Of a stretch of DNA of 64,000 nucleotides, positions 22,243-32,120 are shown one piece after another (position 1 is the stretch's first letter; each line of letters begins with the position of its first letter). A program made the translations under genes and the position numbers. The DNA is from Planctomycetota bacterium. Its GTDB lineage: Bacteria > Planctomycetota > UBA1135 > UBA2386. The stretch lies in the NCBI GenBank assembly GCA_965228735.1, contig OZ245838.1:1792001-1856000 (forward strand), written 5' to 3'. The notes beneath the pieces were generated by a model. The model did not search any database, was not told the origin of the DNA, and saw only the letters and a list, made by a program, of their open reading frames with translations.

Positions 22243-23458
22243 GCCGGCGCAGGACCTCGGCGCGGCCCTGACCGGTTTCCCGGCACAGCCGCCGCACCTC
22301 GTCGTCCTCGGGGCGGGCGACGACCGCGCCGCTCGGCAGGCGCGCGCACTTGAACCGCACGCGGCCGAGCGCCGTGTCGCGTTCTTCGTTCCAGCGCTCG
22401 AGCACCGTGCGCTCCAGGCGCTGCGAACGCACGCCGAGCGTCGTCGACTCCTCGAGCAGCAGATCGCGCACGGCAGCGGCCCGCGCCTCGTCGCAGAGCG
22501 CGGTGACGAGCAGCCCGGGCCGCCCCTTCTTCATCTGGATCGGCGCGCAGAACGCGTCGAGGGCGCCGCGGGTCAGGAGTTCGTCGAGCAGCCAGCCGAC
22601 CTGCTCGCCGGTCGCGGTATCGAGGTGACAGGACAGCTCGACGACCGCCGTCGCGGACGTCGGTTCGCGGCTCGTGCCGACGGCCAGCCGCAGCAGGTTG
22701 GGAACGGCCGGATCATCGCGGGTGCCGGCGCCGTAGCCGATCGACTCGCAGGTGAACGCGACGGGTTCGTCGAACGCCGAGACCAGCGTCTTGAGCAATG
22801 CCGCGCCCGTCGGCGTCGTGCGTTCACCGCGCAGTCCGCCAGTGCGGACCGGGATGCCGCGCAGCAGCGCCGCGGTCGCGGGGGCCGGCACCGGCAGTTC
22901 GCCGTGCGCCGCCTTGACGGTGCCGGACCCGACCGCGATCCCGTTGGCGATCAGCCGTTCGATGCCGAGCAGGTGCGTCGCGAGGCACGCGCAGACGACG
23001 TCGACGATCGTGTCGACGGCCCCGACCTCGTGGAAGTGGACGTGCTCGATCGTCGTGCCGTGCGCCGCGGCCTCGACCTCGGCGATCGCGCGGTAGACCG
23101 CGAGGCAGTCGGCCCGCACGGGGTCCGGCAGGTCGGCGCGACCGAGGATCGCCTCGATCTCCCGCAGCCCACGGTGGGCGTGGCCGCCGGCCCCTGGCAG
23201 CAGAACCGCCGGCCCGGTTCGCAGAGGTTCGAACGTGAACCCGCCGGCGTCCGCGGGCACCTCGTCCTCGTAGACCTGGAAGTGGGTCCCGGCCAGGCTC
23301 GCCCGTAGCACGGGTGTGGCCTCGATCCGGACCCCGGGCAGACCGAGCGAGCGGACCGCGGTCCGCAGGACCTCGAGATCCGCCCCCGCGGCGATCGCGG
23401 CGCCGACCCACATGTCTCCGGCCACGCCGGACCAGCCATCCAGAACACCGATGCGCAT
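22229..23458 (-). CDS. larC: Nickel pincer cofactor nickel-insertase LarC
   Basis: SGVAGDM, HFHEVGAVD, AHGELPVPAPAT, TPTGAA, GYGAG, MKKGRPG, STTLGVR. Confidence 0.92.
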   Translation of the reverse strand: MRIGVLDGWSGVAGDMWVGAAIAAGADLEVLRTAVRSLGLPGVRIEATPVLRASLAGTHFQVYEDEVPADAGGFTFEPLRTGPAVLLPGAGGHAHRGLREIEAILGRADLPDPVRADCLAVYRAIAEVEAAAHGTTIEHVHFHEVGAVDTIVDVVCACLATHLLGIERLIANGIAVGSGTVKAAHGELPVPAPATAALLRGIPVRTGGLRGERTTPTGAALLKTLVSAFDEPVAFTCESIGYGAGTRDDPAVPNLLRLAVGTSREPTSATAVVELSCHLDTATGEQVGWLLDELLTRGALDAFCAPIQMKKGRPGLLVTALCDEARAAAVRDLLLEESTTLGVRSQRLERTVLERWNEERDTALGRVRFKCARLPSGAVVARPEDDEVRRLCRETGQGRAEVLRRLTPG

Positions 23459-23492
23459 CGTTCGCAGAACAGGAAACGGCGGGAATCGCCAG

Positions 23493-23509
23493 TTGGAACG
23501 GGCTTTGCA
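23493..23509 (+). promoter_or_regulatory. Putative sigma-54 promoter
   Basis: TTGGAACGggctTTGCA versus consensus YTGGCACG-N4-TTGCW. Confidence 0.65.
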
Positions 23510-23550
23510 ACATTGCACCCGGCGGTGCGTTGCTCCCGCGGCCGCCGATC

Positions 23551-25161
23551 ATGCCACAATTGCCGACGCCGGCCAAAACTGCCAGTAACGTGGACCTTCG
23601 AGCCAACACCGTGACGAACCGCACACCGGAAACGCCGCGCCCCGCCACCCCGGCCCGAGCCGGAGTGCGCGAGGTCGCACACCGCGGACAGCGATTCAGC
23701 GCGTTCGTGAGCGCGTGCGGGGCCCGCCTGGCAGCGCTCGCGGGCACGGTCGTGCTCGGAACGGCGGCACTCGGCACCGCGGCGTTCGGCAGCACTGCGC
23801 TCCCGGCCCAGGACGACGCGATCCGCCGACTCGTCGCCGCGGATGCCGCGCGCTGGACGAAGCACGGCGACCCGGTCGTGCGCGGGGAGGCCGCGCTCGT
23901 CGTCGCGAGCACGAGCGACCAACGCCACCACGCCGCGGTCGTTGCCGTCGCCAACGACCGTGACCAGGCCGCCCGCCTGCGCGGCATCCTGGCGCTCGGC
24001 ATCCAGGGCACGCCCGGCGTCGTCGAGGTGCTGACCGAGCAGCTCGAACGTTACGGCGACCGCACCCAACCCGAGGGCATCTGCGCGGCCTATGCGCTCG
24101 GTGCCCTGTCGCCCTCACACGCCCCGACGTTCACCTCGCGGATCCTCGCGAGCTTCGCCGAGGGCAACTGGAAGCGCCAACGCGACGCGATGGTCGCGCT
24201 CCTCGCCGGGCTCGCGCGTCACTCCGATCACGGCCAGACCGCGGCACTCGAACAGCTCTACGGCTACCGCGCGAACAAGGATCCGGCGGTGCGCGCGCGG
24301 CTGCTCGAGCTGCTGCTGCCACAAATCGGCACCGACCTCGACTCCGCGCTCGACCTGCTCGACAAGGCCGGCAGCCGCGAGCGCCTCGTGCTGCTCGACT
24401 GGCTCGCGGACAACGCGACGGACTTCGACAAGCAGCTCATCGGGCCGCTCGAGAAGATGTGCAAGGGCGCCCGCAGCGCCGAGCTCCGGGCCCGCGCGCT
24501 CGGCGTGCTCACGCGCCTCCGGCACCCGCCGGCCATCGAGTTCGCGGTCCAGGCGCTGCGCTCCTCGCACACGATCGAGGTCGAACAGGGCATGCGATCG
24601 GCGCAGTCCATCGGCGGCGCCGGCATGCGACTGACGCTCGATCGCCACATCCGCAGCACGGACGCGCCGCTGCAGAAGGCCGCGATGTTGCGATCGTGGG
24701 CGTCGCCGCCGACCGACGAGCTCGTCGATCACTGCGCCGACCTCACGGCCAACCGACGGACGCCGATGACGCTGCGGCTCGCCGCGGCCCGCACCCTCGC
24801 CCAGGCCGACCCGGACCGCGCGGCGCCACTGCTGCGCGACCTCGTCCGCGGCGGCATCGACTACGACGGGCTCTGCGACGCCGCGATGATCCTGCTGCAG
24901 GGCACGGAATCGCCGCCGATCGACCGGCTGCTGCCCGACCCGCCGCAGCTCGATCTGCACCCGGCCCACTGGACCGCGCTCGTCGCCGCGTCGCATCCGG
25001 GTGCCGTGCGGACGCTGCTCGAGACGCTCGGCGACACCGCGGCGACACCGAACCGGTTGCGGTCCGCGCTCGCCGCGTGGCGTCAGCCGATGGTCACGGG
25101 CAAGGTGAGCGGCGCGGCGGATCTGCCCGTCGTTCTACGCGAACTGCTGCAGCCCCGGTAG
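23551..25161 (+). CDS. Exported HEAT/PBS-repeat protein
   Basis: Repeats of DPVVRGEAALVV, AAYALGAL, DPAVRARLL, LRLAAARTLA. Start could be 23551, 23611 or 23707. Confidence 0.7.
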   Translation: MPQLPTPAKTASNVDLRANTVTNRTPETPRPATPARAGVREVAHRGQRFSAFVSACGARLAALAGTVVLGTAALGTAAFGSTALPAQDDAIRRLVAADAARWTKHGDPVVRGEAALVVASTSDQRHHAAVVAVANDRDQAARLRGILALGIQGTPGVVEVLTEQLERYGDRTQPEGICAAYALGALSPSHAPTFTSRILASFAEGNWKRQRDAMVALLAGLARHSDHGQTAALEQLYGYRANKDPAVRARLLELLLPQIGTDLDSALDLLDKAGSRERLVLLDWLADNATDFDKQLIGPLEKMCKGARSAELRARALGVLTRLRHPPAIEFAVQALRSSHTIEVEQGMRSAQSIGGAGMRLTLDRHIRSTDAPLQKAAMLRSWASPPTDELVDHCADLTANRRTPMTLRLAAARTLAQADPDRAAPLLRDLVRGGIDYDGLCDAAMILLQGTESPPIDRLLPDPPQLDLHPAHWTALVAASHPGAVRTLLETLGDTAATPNRLRSALAAWRQPMVTGKVSGAADLPVVLRELLQPR

Positions 25162-25220
25162 CCGGCTGCTCCAGCCTCGACGCCAACGAAGGCGGCGAAC
25201 GGGCCGCAACCGCGTGCGCG

Positions 25221-25964
25221 TCAGCTCGAACCGCGGGGGGCCTTGTTGGTCGCCGACCGGGAGGAGGCCTTCTTCGCTGCCTTCCCTGTCCTCGTTCCGG
25301 GTGCGGCCTTCTTCGCGCCCTTCTTGGCGGCCTTCTTGGCGGTCGTCTTGGAGGCGGCCTTCATGGGGGCAGAACCCTTGCGGGCAGGCCGCTTCGTTCC
25401 CGCATCGCGCGCGGCGGCGGCCGCCCGCTTCGACGGCGCCGACGCGACGATGCTCGCCCCGTCGGCCGGCGTCGAATCGACCGCGACCGGCCCCCGCTCG
25501 ACCGTCGGGGTCGCATCGTCCGCCGCGCGCGGCGCACCGATCGTCGCGATCGTCCGCACGACCGCGGCCGGATCGACCGCCGCCGGGCGACCGTGCGCGG
25601 CGCGCACGATGTCGTTCGTCGAGACGATCCCGACGAGATGGCCGAGCGCGTCCACGACGGGCAGCCGGTGCACCTGGCTGTCCTGCATCCGGCGCATGAC
25701 CTCGGCGACGTCCTCGTCCGCACGGCACGTCACGAGCTCACGCGCCATCACGGCCTGCACCGGGATCTCGTTCAGCGCACGGCCCTGGAAGTAGGACGCC
25801 ATGCAGAGGTCGCGGTCGGTCACCACGCCGACGAGCCGGTCCTGGGCGTCGACCACGGGCACGAGGCCGCAGTCACGCTCCCAGAGTGCACGGGCGGCGG
25901 CGTCGAGCCGCTCGATGGCCCGGATCGCGCGCGGCGTCGAGCTCATGACTTCGATCGTTTTCAT
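25221..25964 (-). CDS. CBS-pair protein with Lys/Ala-rich C-terminal tail
   Basis: CGLVPVVD..LVGVVTDRD, VHRLPVVD..LVGIVSTNDI. Tail TAKKAAKKGAKKAA. Confidence 0.85.
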   Translation of the reverse strand: MKTIEVMSSTPRAIRAIERLDAAARALWERDCGLVPVVDAQDRLVGVVTDRDLCMASYFQGRALNEIPVQAVMARELVTCRADEDVAEVMRRMQDSQVHRLPVVDALGHLVGIVSTNDIVRAAHGRPAAVDPAAVVRTIATIGAPRAADDATPTVERGPVAVDSTPADGASIVASAPSKRAAAAARDAGTKRPARKGSAPMKAASKTTAKKAAKKGAKKAAPGTRTGKAAKKASSRSATNKAPRGSS

Positions 25965-26040
25965 GGCGAGGGATCCTCGCGGCCCCGCCCCGCCCGAGCG
26001 AGCCAAAAACCGGACAAGGCGCGCCGCGGCGACGGCCGCG

Positions 26041-27027
26041 TCAGGCGAGGCGCCGGATCGCCTCCTCGACGTCGCCCTTGCTGCCGAGGAACAGCGGCGT
26101 GCGCTGGTGCAGCTCCGTCGGCACGATGTCGAGGATCGGCTGCGTGCCGTCGCTGCCGAGGCCGCCGGCCTTCTCGCAGAGGAACGCGAGCGGCCCGTTC
26201 TCGTAGAGCAGCCGCAGTTTGCCGTTCGGCCGCTTCACCTCGCCGGGATACATGTAGATCCCGCCCTTGAGCAGCGTGCGGTGGAAGTCGCCGACGAGCG
26301 CGCCGGAGTAGCGCGCCGACCGCTGGCCGGATTCGTTCTGCTGCTCGCGGAACGCCCGGACCAGCCCCTTCGTCTTGTCGTCCCACTTGGTCTCGTTCGC
26401 CTCGTTGACCGAGTAGGCGCCCTCGCCCTCCGGAATGCGGATGTCGGGGTGCGTGAGGAAGAACGTGCCGATCGAGCGGTCGAGCGTGAAGCCGTGCACC
26501 GGTCCGCCCGCGCTGTAGACGAGCATCGTGCTCGGCCCGTAGAGCACGTAGCCGGCCGCCACGAGGTTCTTCCCGGGCTGCAGGAAGTCCGCCATCGTCG
26601 GCTTGCCGCTCGTCGTCACGCGGCGATAGATGCCGAAGATCGTGCCCATCTGACCCGCGACGTCGACGTTGCCCGAACCGTCGAGCGGATCGGTCGCGAT
26701 GATGTACTTGCCCTGCTCGCAATCGGTCGGCAGATAGACGTCCTCGATCTCCTCGCTCGCGATGCCGGCGACCATCGGGATCGCGTCGAACACCTGGATC
26801 ACCGTGTCGTTGCTGATCACGTCGAGCGCGCGCACGTCCTCGTCCTGCACGTTCGTCGTGCCCGTGTAGCCGAGCTTGCCGACGAAGCCCGCGCGCATGA
26901 TCTCGCTCGCGAGCATGCGACCGATGAGGCTGAAACGGTTGAGAACGGTCGACAGCCCGCCGGTGGCCTGCGCGTCGGCCTGGTCGCGGAAGAACTGTTC
27001 GCTGAGGGTGAGGCGGCTGGTCGTCAT
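26041..27027 (-). CDS. fbp: Class 1 fructose-1,6-bisphosphatase
   Basis: NVQDE, ASEE, DPLDGSGN, AAGYVLYG, RYSGALVGDFHRTL, GKLRLLYE. Confidence 0.95.
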   Translation of the reverse strand: MTTSRLTLSEQFFRDQADAQATGGLSTVLNRFSLIGRMLASEIMRAGFVGKLGYTGTTNVQDEDVRALDVISNDTVIQVFDAIPMVAGIASEEIEDVYLPTDCEQGKYIIATDPLDGSGNVDVAGQMGTIFGIYRRVTTSGKPTMADFLQPGKNLVAAGYVLYGPSTMLVYSAGGPVHGFTLDRSIGTFFLTHPDIRIPEGEGAYSVNEANETKWDDKTKGLVRAFREQQNESGQRSARYSGALVGDFHRTLLKGGIYMYPGEVKRPNGKLRLLYENGPLAFLCEKAGGLGSDGTQPILDIVPTELHQRTPLFLGSKGDVEEAIRRLA

Positions 27028-27071
27028 GGGATTCGAGCGAGGAACCTGATTGGAACGCGGGCCGCAGTCGC

Positions 27072-28967
27072 TCACAACCGTGAGAGGCGAAGAAGCGGGT
27101 CGGAGTGGCCGCGAACGAAGAGTCGGCCGGTGCCGAGCTGCGCGCAAGGGATCCAGATCACCGCTGTCGTCGCGCGTTCCACCGTTGCCAGCTCGAGACG
27201 GGTGCCGTCCGCCACTTCGACCTCGAGGACCTCGCCGGCCTGCGCCGGCCACAGCGCGACGCGGCCAGCGCCGCACGGACCGAGGTCGCGGGCCACGGCG
27301 CTCGATGCCGGCGCGGCGCCGCGACCGACGCGCCAGAAGAGCACCATCGGCTCGTGACCGGGGACGACGAAACGCGCGACCTCGCGCAGGTCCGTGCTCG
27401 GGTCGAAGGCGCCGCCGAACCAGCGACCGCACGCGTGCGCGATCGCGGGGTCGCGCGCGAACTGCCGTTCATTGTCGAGCAGGAAGCGGACGCCCCAGTC
27501 GTCGAGCGCAGCGTCGAGCGCGCGCTCCTGCATCGCGGCGAGCGCCTCGGGATTCACGACCCCGTCGAGGTTGACGATGCCGTGGCGCTCGGCGTCGGTG
27601 CGCAGCACGTCGGCATGGAACGTCACGAGCCCGGAGTTGAAGCAACCGACGCGTTCACCGGCTGGCACGAACTCACCGACGAATCGCCCCGCGATCGTCA
27701 TCGCGCGCTGCCCCACGAGGGGCTCCGCTGTGATCTGCAGGATCGGGATCAGCTGCAGCGCAGCGACCAGCAGCACGAGTCCGGGACGAGCGCCACTGCG
27801 AACGATCGCGACGACGACGAGCAACGCCAGCGGCGCGGCGTAGTAATCGCGCGGATACCAGCGCACGGCCCAGTGCAGCGTGAGGATCGCGGCGGCGGCG
27901 GCCAGCAGACCGAGCCCTTCGAGCCTACCGGCGGCCGTCGTCGCACCCGCTCCTGCCCGCCGCCAGGACAGCAACCCGAGGAGCACGACACAGCTCGGTA
28001 CGACGAGGTCACCCGTGCCGGCGGCGGCGGTGCCGAGCACGGCGACCGCGAACCCGACGAACACCGCAGCGCGCCAGCGGGCTGCCCCCGGTCGCAGGAC
28101 CTGGACGATGAGCAACGCCGTTCCCGCGCCCGTCGCGAGCAGCCATGGCGCGCCGAGGAAGATCGGCCGTGAGAACCACCACTGGCGCGCGAGCCACTCG
28201 CTCGCGGTGGGATCCGTCGCTGCGAAGTTGGCGCTCCACAACCACGCCATCGGCGCGCCCGAGTCGGGCAGCAGACCGCCGCCGATCGCCGCGTTCACGG
28301 CGAAGAGCGGCGCGAGGGCGATGACGGGCAGCAGCAGAGCGCGATAGTCCCGCGGGCCGGCGCGAAAGCGCAGCGCCGCGATCGCCGCGACGAACGCGAC
28401 CAGATCGGTGCGCGCGAATACCGCGAGGATCGACAGGCCGATCACGCGTGGGAACGAGGCGTGCCGTTGCTGCCACAGCAGAACGAGGACGAGCACCGCG
28501 ACCGCCGTCTCCTGGCCGTTCTGGCACTCGCGCACGAGCAACGGGTTGCCGAGCCAGAGGAACGCGGCCGCGACGCCGGGCCACGCGAACGACCGGCCAC
28601 CGCCGGTCCCCCGCCAGGCGACGAGCAGCGCCGCCGCCAGATGGCAGGTCAGGCCGAGCCACGGCGCGATGACGGGCAAGGCGGCCGCCCCGAACAGGAA
28701 CGCGAACGGCACGAGCAGCGTGCTCCACAGCAGCTGCACGCCGCTCGTCGACACCCCGTCGCTGACGCCCGGTCCGTTGCCGGCCGCGACGTTGGCGGCC
28801 CACGCGAACTCGTAGAACGCGTCGTCACGCAGCCGGTCGATCTCGGTCGGCGACCACGACAGCCCGTGCAGCAGCCCGAACAGCCCGACCGCCACGGCGA
28901 CCACGAGCGCGGCGCGGGCCCACGCATCGGGCGCTGCCCGTTCGGCGTTCTCCGGAGCTCCGCTCAC
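27072..28967 (-). CDS. Polytopic membrane protein, putative GT-C glycosyltransferase
   Basis: DDAFY after TM1, NGQET, ARTD, many TM segments and a soluble C-terminal domain. Confidence 0.65.
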   Translation of the reverse strand: MSGAPENAERAAPDAWARAALVVAVAVGLFGLLHGLSWSPTEIDRLRDDAFYEFAWAANVAAGNGPGVSDGVSTSGVQLLWSTLLVPFAFLFGAAALPVIAPWLGLTCHLAAALLVAWRGTGGGRSFAWPGVAAAFLWLGNPLLVRECQNGQETAVAVLVLVLLWQQRHASFPRVIGLSILAVFARTDLVAFVAAIAALRFRAGPRDYRALLLPVIALAPLFAVNAAIGGGLLPDSGAPMAWLWSANFAATDPTASEWLARQWWFSRPIFLGAPWLLATGAGTALLIVQVLRPGAARWRAAVFVGFAVAVLGTAAAGTGDLVVPSCVVLLGLLSWRRAGAGATTAAGRLEGLGLLAAAAAILTLHWAVRWYPRDYYAAPLALLVVVAIVRSGARPGLVLLVAALQLIPILQITAEPLVGQRAMTIAGRFVGEFVPAGERVGCFNSGLVTFHADVLRTDAERHGIVNLDGVVNPEALAAMQERALDAALDDWGVRFLLDNERQFARDPAIAHACGRWFGGAFDPSTDLREVARFVVPGHEPMVLFWRVGRGAAPASSAVARDLGPCGAGRVALWPAQAGEVLEVEVADGTRLELATVERATTAVIWIPCAQLGTGRLFVRGHSDPLLRLSRL

Positions 28968-29785
28968 CGCCCTCGCAGGAACCGGCCGATGCGATCCCCG
29001 AGTTCGGTGCCGCGCTCGAACGCCAGGTTGTTGTGACCGGCGCCCGGCACGCGCACGAACTCGGTCGCGCCCCCGAGACGGTTCGCGAGCTGCTCGCCGA
29101 GCTCACACGGCACGATCGCATCGCGCTCGCCGTGCACGACGAGCGCGGGGCACGTCACGTCGGGCGCGGGCGTCATGCTGTCGAAGCGATGCCGCAGGAA
29201 GAGGCCGACCGGCACGAACCAGAAGCGCGCCCGCGCGGCGGCCAGCAGCGTCGACGGCGGCGCGGCGAGGAACAGACGCACGACCTTCGACTGCCGCTCG
29301 GAGCGCGCCGCGACGTGCACCGCGCAGAACGAGCCGAGGGAGATGCCACCGACGACGAACGGCACCCCGAGCCGCGACGCGAGCGCCTCGGCGTGCGCCG
29401 CCGCGCGTTCGGCCGCGTCGAGCAACGCCGGCACGCTCGGCGCCCCCGCGCTCGCGCCGTAGCCCGGATACTCGGGACAGACGACCGCGAGATCCTGCCG
29501 GGCGAACAACGCCGCGCGATAGCAGCCGCTGACGAGGTCCTCGCCGTTGCCGACGAAGAACAGCAGCACGGCGGCCGGCTCCTCCGGCACGGCCTCGGCG
29601 ATCCGGAACGGTCCCGCCGACCCCGCGATCTCGCGCACCCGCACGCCGGGCGGCGGCGCGATCGGCCGACTCCCGAACCGCGCCCCGGGGAACACCAACG
29701 CGTCCTGCGACAGCCAGAGCATCAGCACGAGCGCGACCCAGCCCGCGGCAACCAGTCCCAACAAGATCCACACGCGTCGCCGCAT
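28964..29785 (-). CDS. Membrane-anchored alpha/beta hydrolase
   Basis: GNGE, EYPGYG, nucleophile GISLG, HGERDAIVP, GAGHNN. Confidence 0.9.
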   Translation of the reverse strand: MRRRVWILLGLVAAGWVALVLMLWLSQDALVFPGARFGSRPIAPPPGVRVREIAGSAGPFRIAEAVPEEPAAVLLFFVGNGEDLVSGCYRAALFARQDLAVVCPEYPGYGASAGAPSVPALLDAAERAAAHAEALASRLGVPFVVGGISLGSFCAVHVAARSERQSKVVRLFLAAPPSTLLAAARARFWFVPVGLFLRHRFDSMTPAPDVTCPALVVHGERDAIVPCELGEQLANRLGGATEFVRVPGAGHNNLAFERGTELGDRIGRFLRGR

Positions 29786-29966
29786 CGTCCGCCAGAAGAC
29801 GTTAGCAGGCGAGCCTGACTTCCCGTCCGAAGCGTCCAGGGACGGGAAGAATGTCGGGTCCGAGGCGTCCCACGCGCTGCCCGGGATAGGCTGTCAGGAT
29901 CCCGTTCATGCTTCGGCTCGACGAAAATCGGAACGCATACACGCCACCGGCCAGGAGGGCCCGGCC

Positions 29967-32120
29967 GTGAGTCGCACTGCCCTCGCGATCGCGCTCGCGG
30001 CACTGGCGGCGCTGCTCGTCGCGGGCTGGCTCTGGTGGGCCGGCGCGACGAGCCCGACTCCGGTCGTGCCGCCGCCGGGACCGAACGACGACCCGAACGG
30101 CACGGCCGCTGCCGGAGCGGGCGAGGCCGTGGGCGCGGGCACCGGCTCGCCCGTCGTGCCCGAGCCGCCGCCCGCCGATCGCGCGCCGGACCGCGTGCGC
30201 ACCGAGCCGCAGATCGACCACCCCCAGGGGCTGCTCGGCCGGGTCGTCGATCGCAATCTGCAGCCGCTGCCCGACGTCGACGTCTTCCTCATCGAGAGCG
30301 CGCGCAACCAGCTGCTCGATCTCGCGACGCTGCGCGAGCAGGGCCTGCTGATGGGGCCGGTCGCGCAGACCAGGACGGCCGGCGACGGCAGCTTCGCGCT
30401 CGGACTCGCGCTCGCGACGGACAAGCTCTACGAGCTGCGATTCCTGCGCGGCGGCCTCGCCGATGCGCGCGTCGGTGACCTGCGCGTGCTCGCCGGTGAA
30501 TGGCACGACGTCGGCCGCGTGACGATGCTGCGCGGCACGACCGTCCGCGGCCGCGTGACCGCCGAAGGCACCAACTCCCCGGTGCCACGCGCGATCGTGA
30601 GCATCGCCGCGCGCAGCGTGTTCGAGGATGCCGCGCTGCAGGGCATCCCGGGCCGCGAGCACGGTCTGCACGCGATGACTGGCGCGGACGGCACGTTCCA
30701 GATCGAGAACGCGCCAGCTGCCGCCGTCGTCGCGGTCAGCGCGTCGGCGCCGGGCTTCGCGCGCGTGATCCAGCACGAGGTCGACCTCAGCAAGCAGGAC
30801 ACCGTCGCCGTCGACTTCGCGCTGCCGCCGGGCCTCACGATCACGGGCCGGGTGTCCGACGAACGTGGCGGCGCTCTGCATGGCGTGCGGGTCGAGGCCT
30901 GGCCCGAGACGGCCGCGTTGCCGCCGTGCGTCGCCCACACCCGCGCCGATGGCACGTTCGAGATCCCCGGCCTGCGCGCCGGCCCGCACCGGCTGCGCGC
31001 GATCAGCCGCACGCACCAGCAGCGCGACCTCGACGCGATCGCCGCCGGCGCGCGCGACGTCGCGATCGGCCTGCTCGCGCGCGCGAGCGTGACCGTGCGG
31101 GTCCTGGGCGACGACCGCCCCGTGCGTGATTTCCGGCTCGGCCTGCGGCGCTACTTCCCGCCGCCGACCGCGCCCGACGCGCCCGCCCCGAGCGGCCCGC
31201 AGGTCGGCGACCTCGGTTCGATCGGCCGCGTGCGCGCGGTGGCGGACCGCCGCGTGCGCCTCGGGCCGGCCGAACGCGAGTTCACGCGCAGCGGCCTGCC
31301 CGACGGCACGTTCGTCGCGCAGATCCACGCGCGCGGCTGGGCCAAGACGGTGTCGGAACCGTTCGTGATCGACCCCGCGAACCGAACCGCGACCGTCACC
31401 GTGACGCTGACGCGCGGCAGCACGCTGCGCGGTCGCGTCGTGCTCGAACGCTCCGGCCCGCTCGCGGGCGCGACGGTTCGCACGCGGCCGAACGGCGCGC
31501 GCCCGGACAACCCGTTCTGGCGCATGCTCGCGGCGGCCGCTCCCGACCGCATCACGGAGCGCAGTGTCACGACGGACGCGAACGGCCGCTTCGAGCTGCC
31601 GCAGCTCGCGTTCGGCGACTATCAGCTGCAGGTCGATCACCCCGACGCGTGCCGGGCGCGCGTCGAGGGCCTCACGCTGCGGCGCGCCGGCGTCATCGAG
31701 CTCGGCGACGTGACGCTCGCGACGGGCGCGCTCGTTTTCGGCCGCGCGACGGCGAACGGCCGGATCGCGGGCCAGGTCCGCGTCGTGTTGACGACCGCCG
31801 CAGCCGCGGCGGCGTCGGCCGGACAGCCCACGGCGGGCAACCCGCCCGGGCCGAACGAGCCCCCAGGCCAGAACGGCGCCCCCGAGGTCGGCGACGCGCT
31901 GCGGCTCGAGACGGTGACCGATCGCACGGGGGCGTACACCCTGCCGCGACGCGTGCCGCCCGGCGAGTACGAACTGCGCGCCGCGGTCATCGATGCGACC
32001 GACCCCGATCAGCAGGTGTTCGCGCACCTGATGCAGATGAAGAAGTCGGCGACCCGGATCGTGATCCGCGCGGGTCAGCGCGCGGCCGAGCATCACCTCA
32101 ACGTCACGGCCGATCGGTGA
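29967..32120 (+). CDS. Membrane-anchored carboxypeptidase-regulatory-like repeat protein (paralogue A)
   Basis: AGGAGG RBS, N-terminal TM segment, repeated GRV...DG(T/S)F modules. Confidence 0.8.
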   Translation: MSRTALAIALAALAALLVAGWLWWAGATSPTPVVPPPGPNDDPNGTAAAGAGEAVGAGTGSPVVPEPPPADRAPDRVRTEPQIDHPQGLLGRVVDRNLQPLPDVDVFLIESARNQLLDLATLREQGLLMGPVAQTRTAGDGSFALGLALATDKLYELRFLRGGLADARVGDLRVLAGEWHDVGRVTMLRGTTVRGRVTAEGTNSPVPRAIVSIAARSVFEDAALQGIPGREHGLHAMTGADGTFQIENAPAAAVVAVSASAPGFARVIQHEVDLSKQDTVAVDFALPPGLTITGRVSDERGGALHGVRVEAWPETAALPPCVAHTRADGTFEIPGLRAGPHRLRAISRTHQQRDLDAIAAGARDVAIGLLARASVTVRVLGDDRPVRDFRLGLRRYFPPPTAPDAPAPSGPQVGDLGSIGRVRAVADRRVRLGPAEREFTRSGLPDGTFVAQIHARGWAKTVSEPFVIDPANRTATVTVTLTRGSTLRGRVVLERSGPLAGATVRTRPNGARPDNPFWRMLAAAAPDRITERSVTTDANGRFELPQLAFGDYQLQVDHPDACRARVEGLTLRRAGVIELGDVTLATGALVFGRATANGRIAGQVRVVLTTAAAAAASAGQPTAGNPPGPNEPPGQNGAPEVGDALRLETVTDRTGAYTLPRRVPPGEYELRAAVIDATDPDQQVFAHLMQMKKSATRIVIRAGQRAAEHHLNVTADR

